Assembly: GCA_964016885.1 (NCBI GenBank)
Contig: OZ024759.1
Coordinates: 23,126,001-23,190,000, forward strand
Length of the DNA: 64,000 nt
Direction of reading: 5' to 3'
From: Eledone cirrhosa
Taxonomy: Eukaryota
Both the position numbers and the translations under genes were made by a program. Below, one piece after another: positions 1 through 12,832 of this stretch. Position 1 is the stretch's first letter, and every line of letters begins with the position of its first letter. The notes beneath the pieces were generated by a model. The model saw only the letters and a program-made list of their open reading frames with translations, had not been told where the DNA came from and did not search any database.

Positions 1-40
1 TGCGTTATGGTCCACCTGGTTCCTTACCACTTTTCCTTCG

Positions 41-80
<40 letters not shown>

Positions 81-82
<2 letters not shown>

Positions 83-240
83 AAAGGATAACAAGGACGA
101 TTGGTTACTCCATTACATTTATTGGTAGGTGACGCGCGTTTCGCCACTGATCAGCTCAAGGTTCGATCTGTATCGATCCTACCCGACTCAATTATCAGCA
201 GCTCGACGGACCCTTTAAAATGCTACAAGAAAATGCAATG
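81..240 (-). mobile_element. Penelope-like pLTR remnant with degenerate type I hammerhead (127-213)
   Basis: Minus strand: GGGT-CCGTCGA-GCTGCTGAT...ATCAGTGGC-GAAAC-GCGC-GTC-ACCT, then AATAAA and a (TA)n tract. Confidence 0.55.
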
Positions 241-340
241 CATGCTGTGATAAAGACAGAAGTTCAAGAGTTTGACAATATGAATTGTTTTGATTGGTGG
301 GAAGGATCAAAGGGATGTACTGAATATATATATATATATA

Positions 341-685
341 TCATCATCATCATCATCGTTTTACGTCCGTTCTTCCACGCTAGCATGGGTTAGACGGGTT
401 GTCCTGTTGTGGGCAGTGTCTGGTCGGCTGACCATGCCTTGCTCATACAGGAACTGATCTAGCTTGATTTCTACAGCTGGATGCCCTTCCTAACACCAAC
501 CTCATTTACAGTGAGTGCTGGGTGCTTTTTCTTGGCGCCTACACGTCCACTTTACAGTGTGGGCTGGGTGCTTTTTTGCCGTGGCACCTCCACGACCACC
601 TTGCGGTGGGGGGAGTGGGGGCATATTGTTTATATGCTTCAGCATGTACCCATGGGAGGTCGCGTACCCTGTATTACTGCGTGTA
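341..685 (-). mobile_element. SINE B / RTE-tail-type element; near-identical copy at 39062-39420
   Basis: (CAT)n...TTTTACGTCCGTTCTTCCACGCTAGCATGGG...GGATGCCCTTCCTAACACCAACC. Confidence 0.8.
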
Positions 686-1057
686 TATATATACAAATAA
701 AGATTCAGCGAGAATCGCATTTTCGGCGGGCAGGAAAAGCGAAGCGAAACGCAAAAATCAGAAATGATACTGGCAAAGTGCTCAATAGTTGAAAACCAGA
801 GCTAAACAATGTGTTAAGAAGCCATACAAAACTGAAAAGGTGGTCAAGAAAGCATTTAACCACCCAAGCCAAAAACCAAATCAAGCTAAACAGGTCAAAA
901 CAAAAACTAGTTTCAGAAGATCCCGTTAAGGGTGAAAGCAGCGATTATTTGCTTAAACTTTAATCTGTTATTTTAATAAATATGGTTCTTATATATTTGA
1001 TATATATTTATTCTTATCGAGCTCTCTTTGGATTTTACTCTTCAAATTTTTTATTAT

Positions 1058-1101
<44 letters not shown>

Positions 1102-1219
1102 CGTTGAATTTTCTAATTGGATATTCACCCCGAAACTGGATACCAACCCGGAGTACACCTGAACTTCCACCAGGAAATCTTTCGTAACATTGAAATTTTC
1201 TTTGCTTCTTATATATATA

Positions 1220-1658
1220 CTAGCAGAGGTACCCGGCGTTGCTCGGGTATTAAATAGCAGTTGTATATACCATCTATGTCAATACTTCAGTGCTACTTCG
1301 AAAACTATACTTTTACAACATCATCGGCTTTTTCCAAAATAGGGTTCCTGCCCCCAGGGGTCCCCTACTCAATATGTGCCAATTCTGAGAGTTCACATTC
1401 ATCTGTAGGACAAACGTAGCCCATGTGTCAAGTTTTGTGAAAATCGGTTGCGAACTCCAGAAGTTATGACGTTTTGTTGCATTGCACTGCAGTGCTTCAG
1501 TCGACTCCAAGGAAGTGGTTAAAGGGGGTTATCTGCCGGGAGGCCCTATAATCAATATCTGTAAAAATGAAAGTGCCCATGACCATCCGGAGTACATAAG
1601 TAACCTGTCTTAAGTTTGGTGAAAATACTGTAGAAATGCATAAGGTTTATACACGCGC

Positions 1659-1701
<43 letters not shown>

Positions 1702-2308
1702 TGTGTGTGTGTTTGTGTGCGTGTGCGTGTGTGTTTGTGTTTGTGTGCGTATGTATGTGTATGTCCGTCGGAACATACGTATGTACTGGCCTAAATCTTC
1801 ATTATTTACTTTTACTATTTTAATAACCTCTGTGATTTTCGTTTTCAATTTTATTTACATCATTCTTAAACTCCGGGGCTGGAAATCATTCTCCTATGTT
1901 AAATAGAATATTGGTCTAACGACTCCATTTATACCATAAACTTGGTCTTGTCTTTGCATGAAATTGTTCTTCTCGCTCCACATAACGACGTATTATCCTC
2001 GCAAGGGAACGTCTTCACGAACCAAAATATCGTCTTCCTGTTTTCGTTCGGTTGGAACGTTTCTCGAAATATTTACTTCTGCGTTCACAGATTACTCTCA
2101 GTTCAATTTGAATGGGAAATTCCTGTTTCATCCATTTTCTCCGTAACCATGGAAGCTTGTAGCTTGAAAGTCGACCCAACGCCTCCTCGGGTCATTCTAC
2201 ATAACTGTAAATTTTCGCTGCATTCCAGCAAGCCATTTCGACGTTTATCCGACTACACCTACTTACTTAAATATACAACGTCCGATCATTTCCAATTTAT
2301 ATAGTAGA
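1220..2308 (-). mobile_element. Non-autonomous Helitron (about 1.1 kb)
   Basis: On the minus strand it starts with TC (2308) and ends with hairpin ACCCGAGCAACGCCGGGT plus CTAG (1220), inserted between A and T. Internal (GCGT)n/(GT)n tract. Confidence 0.75.
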
Positions 2309-2404
2309 TATATCTACTATATAAATATATATATATATAAGACTCTTAAAGGTAACTATTCTTATTCTCGTTCTATAAATTGAAATACATACGTCAGTCA
2401 ATGT

Positions 2405-2444
<40 letters not shown>

Positions 2445-2490
2445 GACACACACTGTTAGGAATTTAAGAACATGCTAGTCACAAAAGAGC

Positions 2491-2537
2491 CACGTGTGTG
2501 ATCACGTGACGCCACTGCTAATGACGTAATTTATAAG
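2491..2537 (+). promoter_or_regulatory. Putative promoter: two CACGTG E-boxes plus CRE/ATF-like sites
   Basis: CACGTG at 2491-2496, TCACGTGAC at 2502-2510 with overlapping TGACGC, and ATGACGTAAT at 2521-2530, all within 45 bp of unique sequence just upstream of a strong donor. Confidence 0.45.
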
Positions 2538-2538
2538 A

Positions 2539-2578
2539 ATGAAGTGTTTCCAGAGAGAAGTAATGATAAAAACGAAAG
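2539..2578 (+). CDS. NT5C2: Candidate first coding exon of the cN-II/NT5C2-like gene (MKCFQREVMIKTK, phase 1)
   Basis: ATG at 2539, 40 nt open to a strong donor AAG|GTAAGG at 2578/2579. Phase 1 joins in frame to the 27603 exon (G+CT TCC AAT ATG). Lies directly after an E-box/CRE cluster. No homology support for the peptide. Confidence 0.4.
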
Positions 2579-3386
2579 GTAAGGTGGATAACAACATTTG
2601 TAGCATTCTGCCAATTTACTAATAAGTGGCAACAAGTTTCTTTAAAAATATTTCCTTTGATGTTGCTAACGATTTTATAAATTTTTTTCCTTTCTTTACG
2701 TTATCGTTGCAGTGTTGCCTGTGCAATGATATTAAATAAATGGAAACTATCTTTATAAAACCATATTTATTCTATTATATATATTTCAAGGGTACCAAAA
2801 CTTTGGTACGCTTTCATCAGATAAAATACAAAGTTTGTTTTATAAATTTTGACATAACCAAGTAAAGATACCTTAACGGTTCAAGTTTTTCTTGGATAAT
2901 GAAAATTCAATGTAGAAAAAATGTTATATATATATAATGTATATGTGTATTTCATTGGATTTTTACATTGAATGTTCAACCGGACACTTGGATATCTTTT
3001 CGGATCATTGGATTTTCCGATGTGTGTGTGTATATGCGTAAATATATGTGTGTGCGTATTTCACAAACAAGATTAAGCAGACGATACATATCGTGTTTGT
3101 TTGTGTACTTTTAGCTGTGAAAAACAAAGAAACAATCTCAGGTCACGAAGTATTCTATGTAAAATCATTTGCTGAATAATTTAAACGCAGTTGATCTCCC
3201 AACATGACAGGCTACCTAGTTTTTATAATGAATAGTTGCTTAACCACGTGTCAGTCCTATTTTGAGAAGACCTTTGGTCAATCCAATGAATCTCAAACGA
3301 GAGACACTTGGCTTCCAGAAGGAGAAATTTTAATCAAGAGAAGTAATCGCGACAGATCTAAAACAGGAAAATATAGTTTATACGCC

Positions 3387-3450
<64 letters not shown>

Positions 3451-3455
<5 letters not shown>

Positions 3456-3762
3456 ATCAAAAGATGGTTAAAAGAGTTATGTATTTTATTATGCGCATTT
3501 CAAAAACAAATATCATCATGCGATGACATTTGCGTTTTCGTCAGATAAAATAGGGAGACATGATATGAAGGTTAAAAAACACTTGTGAATAGTGCAGTTT
3601 TAAATCAACATATGAAATGCGCATAATAAAATACATGGAACTCTTTTAACCATCTTTTGATCTTATATATTATTTATACTCCAGTCCTACAAACTGTAGA
3701 GTGCTACTTATCCGATATCTGCATTGCTTTATTGTACTACAATAAAACTCACCTCCTACATT
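3451..3762. mobile_element. Inverted-arm insert at (TA)n
   Basis: 3451-3502 is approximately the reverse complement of 3613-3670, followed by an unpaired tail. Confidence 0.6.
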
Positions 3763-4059
3763 ATATATATATACACACACAGCGTACACAAACTATCCTT
3801 TCCTGAAAATGACACAGAGGAGACTCAGGCTAGCTGTACATGCTCACCGACATTCAGAGTTAGCACTGCACACAGTAGTCCTGTTGGAGCCGCTGGACAC
3901 ACTGGAAGTGGGAAACCGAGGATAACATATATTGATGCCCTGAGGATAGGCACTAGTCTCTGGGAGACGCGGGACATAGCGGCAATGATGAAGGACAGAC
4001 TGCTGGAGAGAACTCGCCCATAGATCTCGGGTATTTTACTCGCCCCGTTTTAATTTTTC

Positions 4060-4095
<36 letters not shown>

Positions 4096-4102
<7 letters not shown>

Positions 4103-4230
4103 AAAGTGAACAACACAAAATATAACTACCCCATTACCAAAGGTTGGAGTAGTTATATTTTGCGTTGTTCACTTTCTAATTAAATAGCTCTGTTCTATAC
4201 ATAGAGCACTCTTTTTTCCTTTGCTTTTTC
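4096..4230. mobile_element. Fold-back insert at (TA)n
   Basis: Arms at 4096-4129 / 4149-4182. The tail TAGCTCTGT.CTATA.ATAGAGCACTCTT recurs at about 19444-19480. Confidence 0.6.
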
Positions 4231-4258
4231 TTCGGAATTACTTAACACACACACACAC

Positions 4259-4303
<45 letters not shown>

Positions 4304-4406
4304 TCTACAAGTATCTCACAGTCCAAGACTGAACACGAGACCACGATTGAACCCCCAGCCCAGGATGTCACCATCTCTAGGACTTCCCACTAAGCCACCA
4401 AGACTG

Positions 4407-4454
<48 letters not shown>

Positions 4455-4469
4455 TTATTTATTTATTTA

Positions 4470-4915
4470 GGTTTGAAGGTTCACCACTGGATAGAGCTGG
4501 TCATTCCGTATGTTCAATCTTGATGTAATAATATGGAGAGTACTCAACGTAAAGCAGCTCAACCGTCTTCGTTTGTGTAGTTGGTGGTGCGAGTACGGAG
4601 TTAAATATTATAATAAAATAACAGGAGGCTGGACTTGTGTAAATCCTTGAAAGGTTTATTATACTATGATCATTTCAATGACCGGGTTCTGTATCATTGA
4701 GGGCGACCGGCTAAAGTGGAAGATGCTAGATGGTTGGTCGTCCTCGGGTCTACGATTTTCAGCCCCATGGATTTTATCTGTTACATTCATTTATTATATT
4801 TCGAATACCTGATGATATCACCAGATTCATACGGAACCCGGTCATTGAAATGATCATAGTATAATAAACCTTTCAAGGATTTACACAAGTCCAGCCTCCT
4901 GTTATTTTATAATTA
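4470..4915. mobile_element. Inverted-arm insert (about 82-bp arms) with hammerhead-like remnant
   Basis: 4613-4694 is the reverse complement of 4829-4910. CTGATGA at 4809 followed by CGGAACCCGGTC and AATAAA; (TA)n on both sides. Confidence 0.65.
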
Positions 4916-4916
4916 C

Positions 4917-5001
<85 letters not shown>

Positions 5002-6164
5002 GAGAGAAAGAGAGAGAATAGAAATGGCTGTAGTTGCTATTTAAGGTAACTTAAAATGCAGTGGGAATACGAAGAAAGCAAGAACGGGGGGGGGGGGAGT
5101 TTTCCTCATCAGTTGTCTACTGGGGGTCTCGGATATCTATCTATCTATCTATATATTATAATGGGTAAAGACCCTATTCGGTCTCGTGTGACCATGGGAT
5201 TGCACCTAGAAAGCTGCCCTCCGAGGCACAATTCCGGGCAAGGTTGTTTGTGAAAGACCAGCAGTCCAAAGGAAAGGTAAGGTCGATATAGCTTAGCACC
5301 AATGACATTGCAACTTATTTCTGTAGCTATGTGGAATATAGTGTCTTGCTCAAGAACACAACACACCGCCGTGTCCGGGTTCTAACTATTAAGCCATGCG
5401 TCTTCACATACAGTGTGAGAGAGAGATAGAGAGAGAGATAGGGAGAGAGAGAGATAGGGAGAGAGAGAGAGAGAGAGAGAGATAGGGAGAGAGAGAGATA
5501 GGGAGAGAGAGAGATAGAGAGATAGAGATATATAGAGATAGATAGATAGATAGAGATAGTGTGAGTGAGTGAGTGAGTGAGTGAGTGAGTGAGTGAGTGA
5601 GTGAGTGAGTGAGTGAGTGAGTGAGTGAGTGAGTGAGTGAGTGAGTGAGTGAGTGAGTGAGTGAGTGCGTGCGTGTAGCGGGGTTTTACCCAACTTCACT
5701 CAACTCCATGGTTATGAGATATTGAGATCTTGGCACCCAGGCAGGGTAATCGAACCTGGAGCTGCATTTGTTGCGAGGCGAACTTCATAAACACACACAC
5801 ATCACCCCTAAAATTAATTACCAAAATCATCTCTCAGCATTTGCTACTCGAAAGACATTTCCGCCGAGGTCAATGTCAATTTGGCAATTAACCTTTCAAA
5901 TCCCTACCTCATCACACCACTGACATTTATACGATTATGCCAAAACAATTCTATGATACATTCATCTCAATACCGGTTGATAATAGTAAGTATAGTAAGT
6001 ATATTAAGTATAGCAACACTGGCAGAAGTGCCGTCCTCAGGGGAAGTTGGTAGGGCGTGGGGAAGATTTCTGCTAGTCTATTCTGTTGTTGTTTTACTCT
6101 TTAAATGGCCAACGATCCTCAGTTTTCACGTATTTCAGAGTGGTAGAGGCTTCGTCCTGGCACT

Positions 6165-6565
6165 AGGGTTAATGTCGTAGGAATCTCGTTTTGACACTAG
6201 GGGTAGAGTCGTAGGGACAACCTCCTAACACCAGGGGTAATCGGTGAGGTCTCGTCTTGACATAAGGGTTAATGTCGTAGGAGCTTCGTCTTGACACTAG
6301 GAATAGAAACGTAGGGGCATTGTGATGAAGCCAGCGACAGTCGTAGGGACCTCATCTAGGCACTAGAGATAGAGTGGTAGGGTCCTCGTCATGACGCCAG
6401 GGGTAGTGTCATAGGGACCTCTCTCGACACCAGGATTAGAGTTGTAGGTACCTCGTCCTAACACTAGGGGTAATGTCAGGTGTCTCATCATAACACTAAG
6501 AGTAGATCGTAGATGCCTCATCCTGAAACAGGGTAGAATCGTAGGAACCCGACTTGTCACTAGGA
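6165..6565. repeat. Degenerate tandem repeat, unit about 37 bp
   Basis: Recurrent GTCGTAGGGACCTCGTCTTGACACTAGGGGTA. Confidence 0.75.
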
Positions 6566-7324
6566 GACAGGGGTTCTCAAGCACGCAACCCACAAACTAC
6601 TTTTCTATAATACACGTCAGAACAAAATGACTAATTAAGACCCCCCATCCCCCTCCAAGTGGTGACAGAATTTCTGAGAAAGAGAGAAAGAGGGAGTAAA
6701 AGGGAGAGGGAGTGAAAGAGAGAGAGAGGGAGTGAAAGAGAGAGTGTGAAAGAGAGAGGGAGAGAGAGTGAAAGAGAGAGGGAGTGAAAGAGAGGGAGTG
6801 AAAGAGAGGGAGAGAGTAAAAGAGTGAAAGAGAAAAAAAGAGTAAAAGAGAGAGAGAGATAAAGAGCGATAGAGAGAGAAAAGAGATAAATAAAGAGGAA
6901 TATAGAGAGAGATAAAGAAAGAGAGAGGAAGACTAGAATTGGCCCCAGCAGCACTGCCAATACTAGACTGGTACTTAATTCATCCACATTGAAAGGATGG
7001 TGAACTTGGTGTTTTTCTTGATGCTGACAAAACGAGGTTGTAACATTTGAACCCATCATCTCAAGAGACAGTCAACAGCTCTTGACAGTTCTATTAATTA
7101 ATTGAGAAAGCAAAAGAAAAATATTACTGGCCCATTGTTGAGTCACAGACTTTAGAAATATCTTGGCAGATATACCAACACTGCACATGATATGAAAGTT
7201 TGAATTGGCAAAGCTTGGAGTACCATCTATTCATTAATCCTTTCCTTACAATATTGCTAAGGTAATATACTCCATTTGAATCAACTAATGAAGAATTTGC
7301 ATAGATTTACGAAAAGTATTTACG

Positions 7325-7462
7325 AAAAGTATTACCTCCCTTTATGATCTGAGTTCAAATCCCGCCGAGATTAACTTTGCCTTTCATCCTTACGGGGTCG
7401 ATAAAATAAAGTACCAGTAATGCACTGGAATAATTGCTGGCCTTGTGCCAAAAGTAGAAACA
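7325..7462 (+). mobile_element. SINE family A (partial)
   Basis: CTGAGTTCAAATCCCGCCGAG...CCTTACGGGGTCGATAAAATAAAGTACCAG...AAAGTAGAAAC. Confidence 0.85.
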
Positions 7463-7471
7463 GCTATATAC

Positions 7472-8996
7472 TGTAGTGTTTGTGGTAGTTGTGGCTATAG
7501 TGTTTGTGGTAGTTGTGGCTATAGTGTTTGTGGTAGTTGTGGCTATAGTGTTTGTGGTAGTGGTGGCTATAGTGTTTGTGGTAGTTGTGGCTATAGTGTT
7601 TGTGGTAGTGGTGGTTATAGTGTTTGTGGTAGTTGTGGCTGTAGTGTTTGTGGTAGTGGTGGCTATAGTGTTTGTGGTAGTGGTGGCTATAGTGTTTGTG
7701 GTAGTGGTGGCTATAGTGTTTGTAGTAGTGGTGGTTATCGTGTTTGTGGTAGTTGTGGCTGTAGTGTTTGTGGTAGTGGTAGTTATCGTGTTTGTGGTAG
7801 TGGTGGCTATAGTGTTTGTGGTAGTGGTGGCTATAGTGTTTGTGGTAGTGGTGGCTATAGTGTTTGTGGTAGTGGTGGCTATAGTGTTTGTGGTAGTTGT
7901 GGCTATAGTGTTTGTGGTAGTTGTGGCTATAGTGTTTGTGGTAGTGGTGGTTATAGTGTTTGTGGTAGTTGTGGCTGTAGTGTTTGTGGTAGTGGTGGCT
8001 ATAGTGTTTGTGGTAGTGGTGGCTATAGTGTTTGTGGTAGTTGTGGCTATAGTGTTTGTGGTAGTGGTGGCTATAGTGTTTGTGGTAGTTGTGGCTATAG
8101 TGTTTGTAGTAGTGGTGGTTATCGTGTTTGTGGTAGTTGTGGCTGTAGTGTTTGTGGTAGTGGTGGTTATCGTGTTTGTGGTAGTGGTGGCTATAGTGTT
8201 TGTGGTAGTTGTGGCTGTAGTGTTTGTGGTAGTGGTGGCTATAGTGTTTGTGGTAGTGGTGGCTATAGTGTTTGTGGTAGTGGTGGCTATAGTGTTTGTG
8301 GTGGCTATAGTGTTTGTGGTAGTGGTGGCTATAGTGTTTGTGGTAGTGGTGGTTATAGTGTTTGTGGTAGTTGTGGCTATAGTGTTTGTGGTAGTGGTGG
8401 CTATAGTGTTTGTGGTAGTGGTGGCTATAGTGTTTGTGGTAGTGGTGGCTATAGTGTTTGTGGTAGTGGTGGCTATAGTGTTTGTGGTAGTGGTGGCTAT
8501 AGTGTTTGTGGTAGTTGTGGCTATAGTGTTTGTGGTAATGGTGGCTATAGTGTTTGTGGTAGTGGTGGCTATAGTGTTTGTGGTAGTGGTGGCTATAGTG
8601 TTTGTGGTAGTGGTGGCTATAGTGTTTGTGGTAGTGGTGGCTATAGTGTTTGTGGTAGTGGTGGCTATAGTGTTTGTGGTAGTAGTGGCTATAGTGTTTG
8701 TGGTAGTGGTGGCTATAGTGTTTGTGGTAGTGGTGGCTATAGTGTTTGTGGTAGTTGTGGCTATAGTGTTTGTGGTAGTGGTGGCTATAGTGTTTGTGGT
8801 AGTGGTGGCTATAGTGTTTGTGGTAGTGGTGGCTATAGTGTTTGTGGTAGTGGTGGCTATAGTGTTTGTGGTAGTGGTGGCTATAGTGTTTGTGGTAGTG
8901 GTGGCTATAGTGTTTGTGGTAGTAGTGGCTATAGTGTTTGTGGTAGTGGTGGCTATAGTGTTTGTGGTAGTGGTGGCTATAGTGTTTGTGGTGGCT
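7472..8996. repeat. 24-bp minisatellite, about 63 copies
   Basis: Unit TGGTGGCTATAGTGTTTGTGGTAG with TGG/TTG variants. Confidence 0.97.
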
Positions 8997-9165
8997 GAAG
9001 TTGTGATGGTGTTGATGTTGGCTGTAGTGGTGGTGGTGGTGTTGGCTGTAGTATTTGTGGTAGAAATGATGATGGTGTGGTGGTGTTGATGTTGGTTATA
9101 GTGTTTGTGGTAGTGGTGTTGTTAACTGTAGTGTTTCTGGTGTAGGCATTGGCTACAGTGTTTGT

Positions 9166-9320
9166 GATCGACCCTAGTACGTTTCTGGTACTTTATTTTA
9201 TCGACCCCGTAAGGATGAAAGGCAATGCTAACCTCGGCGGGATTTGAACTCAATGTAAAGGGCTGTAACATTATGCTGCTAAGCATAATGTCCGACACCC
9301 TACCAATTCTGCCAATCTAT
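9166..9320 (-). mobile_element. SINE family A
   Basis: Reverse complement of the family A consensus. Confidence 0.8.
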
Positions 9321-11061
9321 TAATAATAAAAGAATGGAAACTGTGAGCTGTCTGTCTTAGCACTTTAGAGAGATTTGGTGTTTTGGCTTTGAAACAACTT
9401 TTGGCTTTCAAACCAATAAATAAACTAACAAATACTAGCCTACTGCTTGTTGTCATAGCAACCAGGGTATAAAGCAGATATTTAGTAATTAATTAGAAAG
9501 AAGAATTAGAAAGAAACTGAAAGAATTCGAAAACCGAAGAACAACAACAAAAAAAAAACTGAAGAATTCTGGCACATATTCATTTAAGTGTGGATTTTTT
9601 TCCTTTAATCAAGATTTTTAAAAATAAATTAAATGGTTTTCAGATTTTATGTTGTGAACATCAAAGATACAAAATCTGAAATTTATATTTTAATGATAAA
9701 ATAATTTTTGTTTTTTCAAAATTGCCGATTTCTTTTTGTTGGTTTGTTTTGTTGGAGTTAGTATAACTCTGACATCTAAATAACTATCATCGGATTATTA
9801 AATTATCTAAGGAATGGATTAGATACCTAACTAATAATTGTTTCTACTTTTGGCACAAGGCCAGCAATTACTCAGTACATTACTGGCATATGCCGCAAAG
9901 GATATTGTCCGACGCTCTACCGATAACTACCAATCCAACGCCCTAACTAATACTAAAACTGAAATATAAATGAATTTGTTCGTGTGTTTTTATTGGCAAC
10001 ATGGCCTTCCCAAAATTTAACAATGTCTTTCAACACGATTTTACACCAACAATCTTTCAAAACAAATAAAATAACCAAGTATGTTTATATATAGATAACA
10101 TATATTTATAAACTTCTAATGTAAACGAAATGTATTATATACACAGAGAAAGAAAAGCTGTGTAGCTATAAATAGTCAAACTTAGTAATTTCTAAAAAAA
10201 AAATTATTTTTATACCTTACTAATGTTTATCTTATTTATCTCTAGCTTTTTTTACAGCAAAGCCTGAATTTCTTATATTCAAAATAGGAAAATAGTTAGA
10301 GGACTCTGCCCCGACGACCCTCTCAAGAATATGTGGACGAAGAAGAAATCCCCTCACTTTCTTTCATTGCTTAATAGTCTCTGCTCTTTCCCCCTTTTCC
10401 CTCTCATTTATGACATTCAGAGTCCTCTCCCCTATGTTTCTCTACACCCAAATCTGCCATTCTTTTACCCTTTCCCCCTTTTTTTCATTACTAAATTTTG
10501 TTTTTATCTTTTTTTTTTCATATGTCCATCTTTGTATAGCTTCTATTTGTAAAATATAATTGACATATGTTTATGTATACCACGAGAAAAATATAGTTTC
10601 TCAGAGTTCTTTCATCACACATCTGTGACATCACCAGTGGTGTTTCAGAAATTGTATTCATAAAAAAAAATGGAAGAGTAAAGATCCTTTCAATCATGAA
10701 TGACCAAGGCTTTTGTACATAGAAAGTTCCCCATCTGTTTTTGTGGAAAACCAGCAGTCACCCCTCTCCACGATACCGATGTTGTCCAAAGGAAAGGCAA
10801 TGGCCGACACAGCTTGGCACCAATGACGTCATACTTCATATAGACTATACACTTTATATGTCCACCATACACACACTATAAAATGTTGTCCAAGGAAAGA
10901 GTAAAGGCTGAAACAGTTTCACAGCAGGGACGTCAACACACACACACACACCTATTTGTGGCATCACCGGTTCTACCCATTGGTAAACAGCCTAACATAA
11001 ATGATGTGTATATATATATATACATATAATTATACATACACACACACACACACATCATACA

Positions 11062-11205
11062 CCATAGAGTTACATCCCTTTACGGTCTGAGTTCAAATCC
11101 CGCCGAAGTTAACTTAGCCTTTCATCCTTACGGGCTCGATAGAATAAAGTACCAGTAATGCAGAGGTATTTGCTGGCCTTGTGCCAAAAGTAGAAGCAAT
11201 TATTA
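11062..11205 (+). mobile_element. SINE family A
   Basis: Family A consensus. Confidence 0.85.
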
Positions 11206-11952
11206 AGAAAGGTTCTAACAAAATCATGGAAAGTTTTTATAGTTTAAATCTAATAGTTATAAAATGTTTGGTATTAACAGGGTTAAAGACTAAAATAAAA
11301 TGTAAGAAGGAGACGAACTCAATCATTACAATCCACACATACAAAAAAAAAGGGGGGTTTTACCATGGTAAGATTACGATTTATAGGGAACCACTTTTAC
11401 AAATACACCGGTTTGAATTAAAATGAGGTCGTAGAATAGAGAAGTAGGCGTTTGTGTAGGCGAGAAGTGGTTTGAACACTCGGCCTTTGTGATTAAAAGA
11501 TATTCTTGCATTCTTTTTAGGAGTATATCTAGGACTGCGTTAACCGATATGTTGTTTCATTTGCCAAGACAATAGGGTAATAATTTAAGGGAGATTTTAC
11601 TGCTCTTTCTAGCAGTTTCAGTGACCCCCGTAGAAGATCTTGAGAGTAGGCTGAAAAGTTCATAGGCTGACTATGCTGGAAAATAAACCTCATTTGGTCA
11701 GTCCATGAACTTTTCAATCCATCCTCGTAGATGGAAAGAAATTATTTCAGTTTCAATCAAGCCCGTAACACCAGTCTTTGATCAAAAGGGTTCGAACTCT
11801 GGTCACCCGTTTTTTGTTTGTTTCTTTTTTTTTGGGGGGGGGGGGGATACTTCGAGGGAAAATTGTCTGATATTTCTACATTCATTAGTGTAAGTGGCGT
11901 GGTTAGTACAGATGGTAGTGGTTGCGACAATGTTTGCACTTATGGAACTAAC

Positions 11953-11992
<40 letters not shown>

Positions 11993-12116
11993 ATATATAT
12001 ATACACATATATATATATACACATATATATATATACACATATATATATATATACACATATATATACACATATATATATACATATACATATATACATATAT
12101 ATATATACATATACAC

Positions 12117-12151
<35 letters not shown>

Positions 12152-12409
12152 AATGGTATTTCTACCATACAGGCAGTGTACGTGGCATGGTTGTTGGTAC
12201 TGGAGCTGATTGCCCAAGTGGAATTAACACATATTTATATCCTGTCTATTTTAACATGTATGTAATGTAAAGGGAGTACATTGAAGGAGGTCTGGATGGT
12301 ATTTCTAGCTAACATGTACTTTCATTAGTGAAAGTGGGGTTGGTTGGTAACGGTGCTTGTGATTACACAACAGTTGTGTGTATGTGTGTGTGTATATATA
12401 CACACACAC

Positions 12410-12411
<2 letters not shown>

Positions 12412-12478
<67 letters not shown>

Positions 12479-12832
12479 GGGGGAGAGAGAGAGAGCAACA
12501 GAAAGAGAGAGAGCGCAAGAGAGAGAACGCAAGAGAGAGAGCGCAAGAGAGAGAGAGCAAGAGAGAGAGCAAGAGAGAGCGCAAGAGAGAGAGCGCAAGA
12601 GAGAGAGAGAGCAAGAGAGAGAGCAAGAGAGAGAGCAAGAGAGAGAGAGAGAGAGAGCAAGAGAGAGAGAGAGAGAGCAAGAGAGAAAGAGAAACAAAGA
12701 AAGAGAAAGCAAGAAAGAGAAAGCAAGAAAGAGAAAGCAAGAAAGAGAAAGCAAGAAAGAGAAACAAAGAAAGAGAAAGCAAGAAAGAGAAACAAAGAAA
12801 GAGAAAGCAAGAAAGAGAAAGAAAGAAAGAGA
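12412..12832. repeat. Compound (TA)n-(GA)n-(GAAA/GCAA) microsatellite
   Basis: Seen directly. Confidence 0.95.

Noticed and set aside
7445-9089. 517-aa (GGYSVCGS)n and 537-aa Val-rich ORFs, tempting as a Gly/Cys-rich structural protein
   Set aside because: Pure 24-bp minisatellite open in two frames. The start is a GTG inside a SINE tail, there is no signal peptide, and third positions show no preferential variation.
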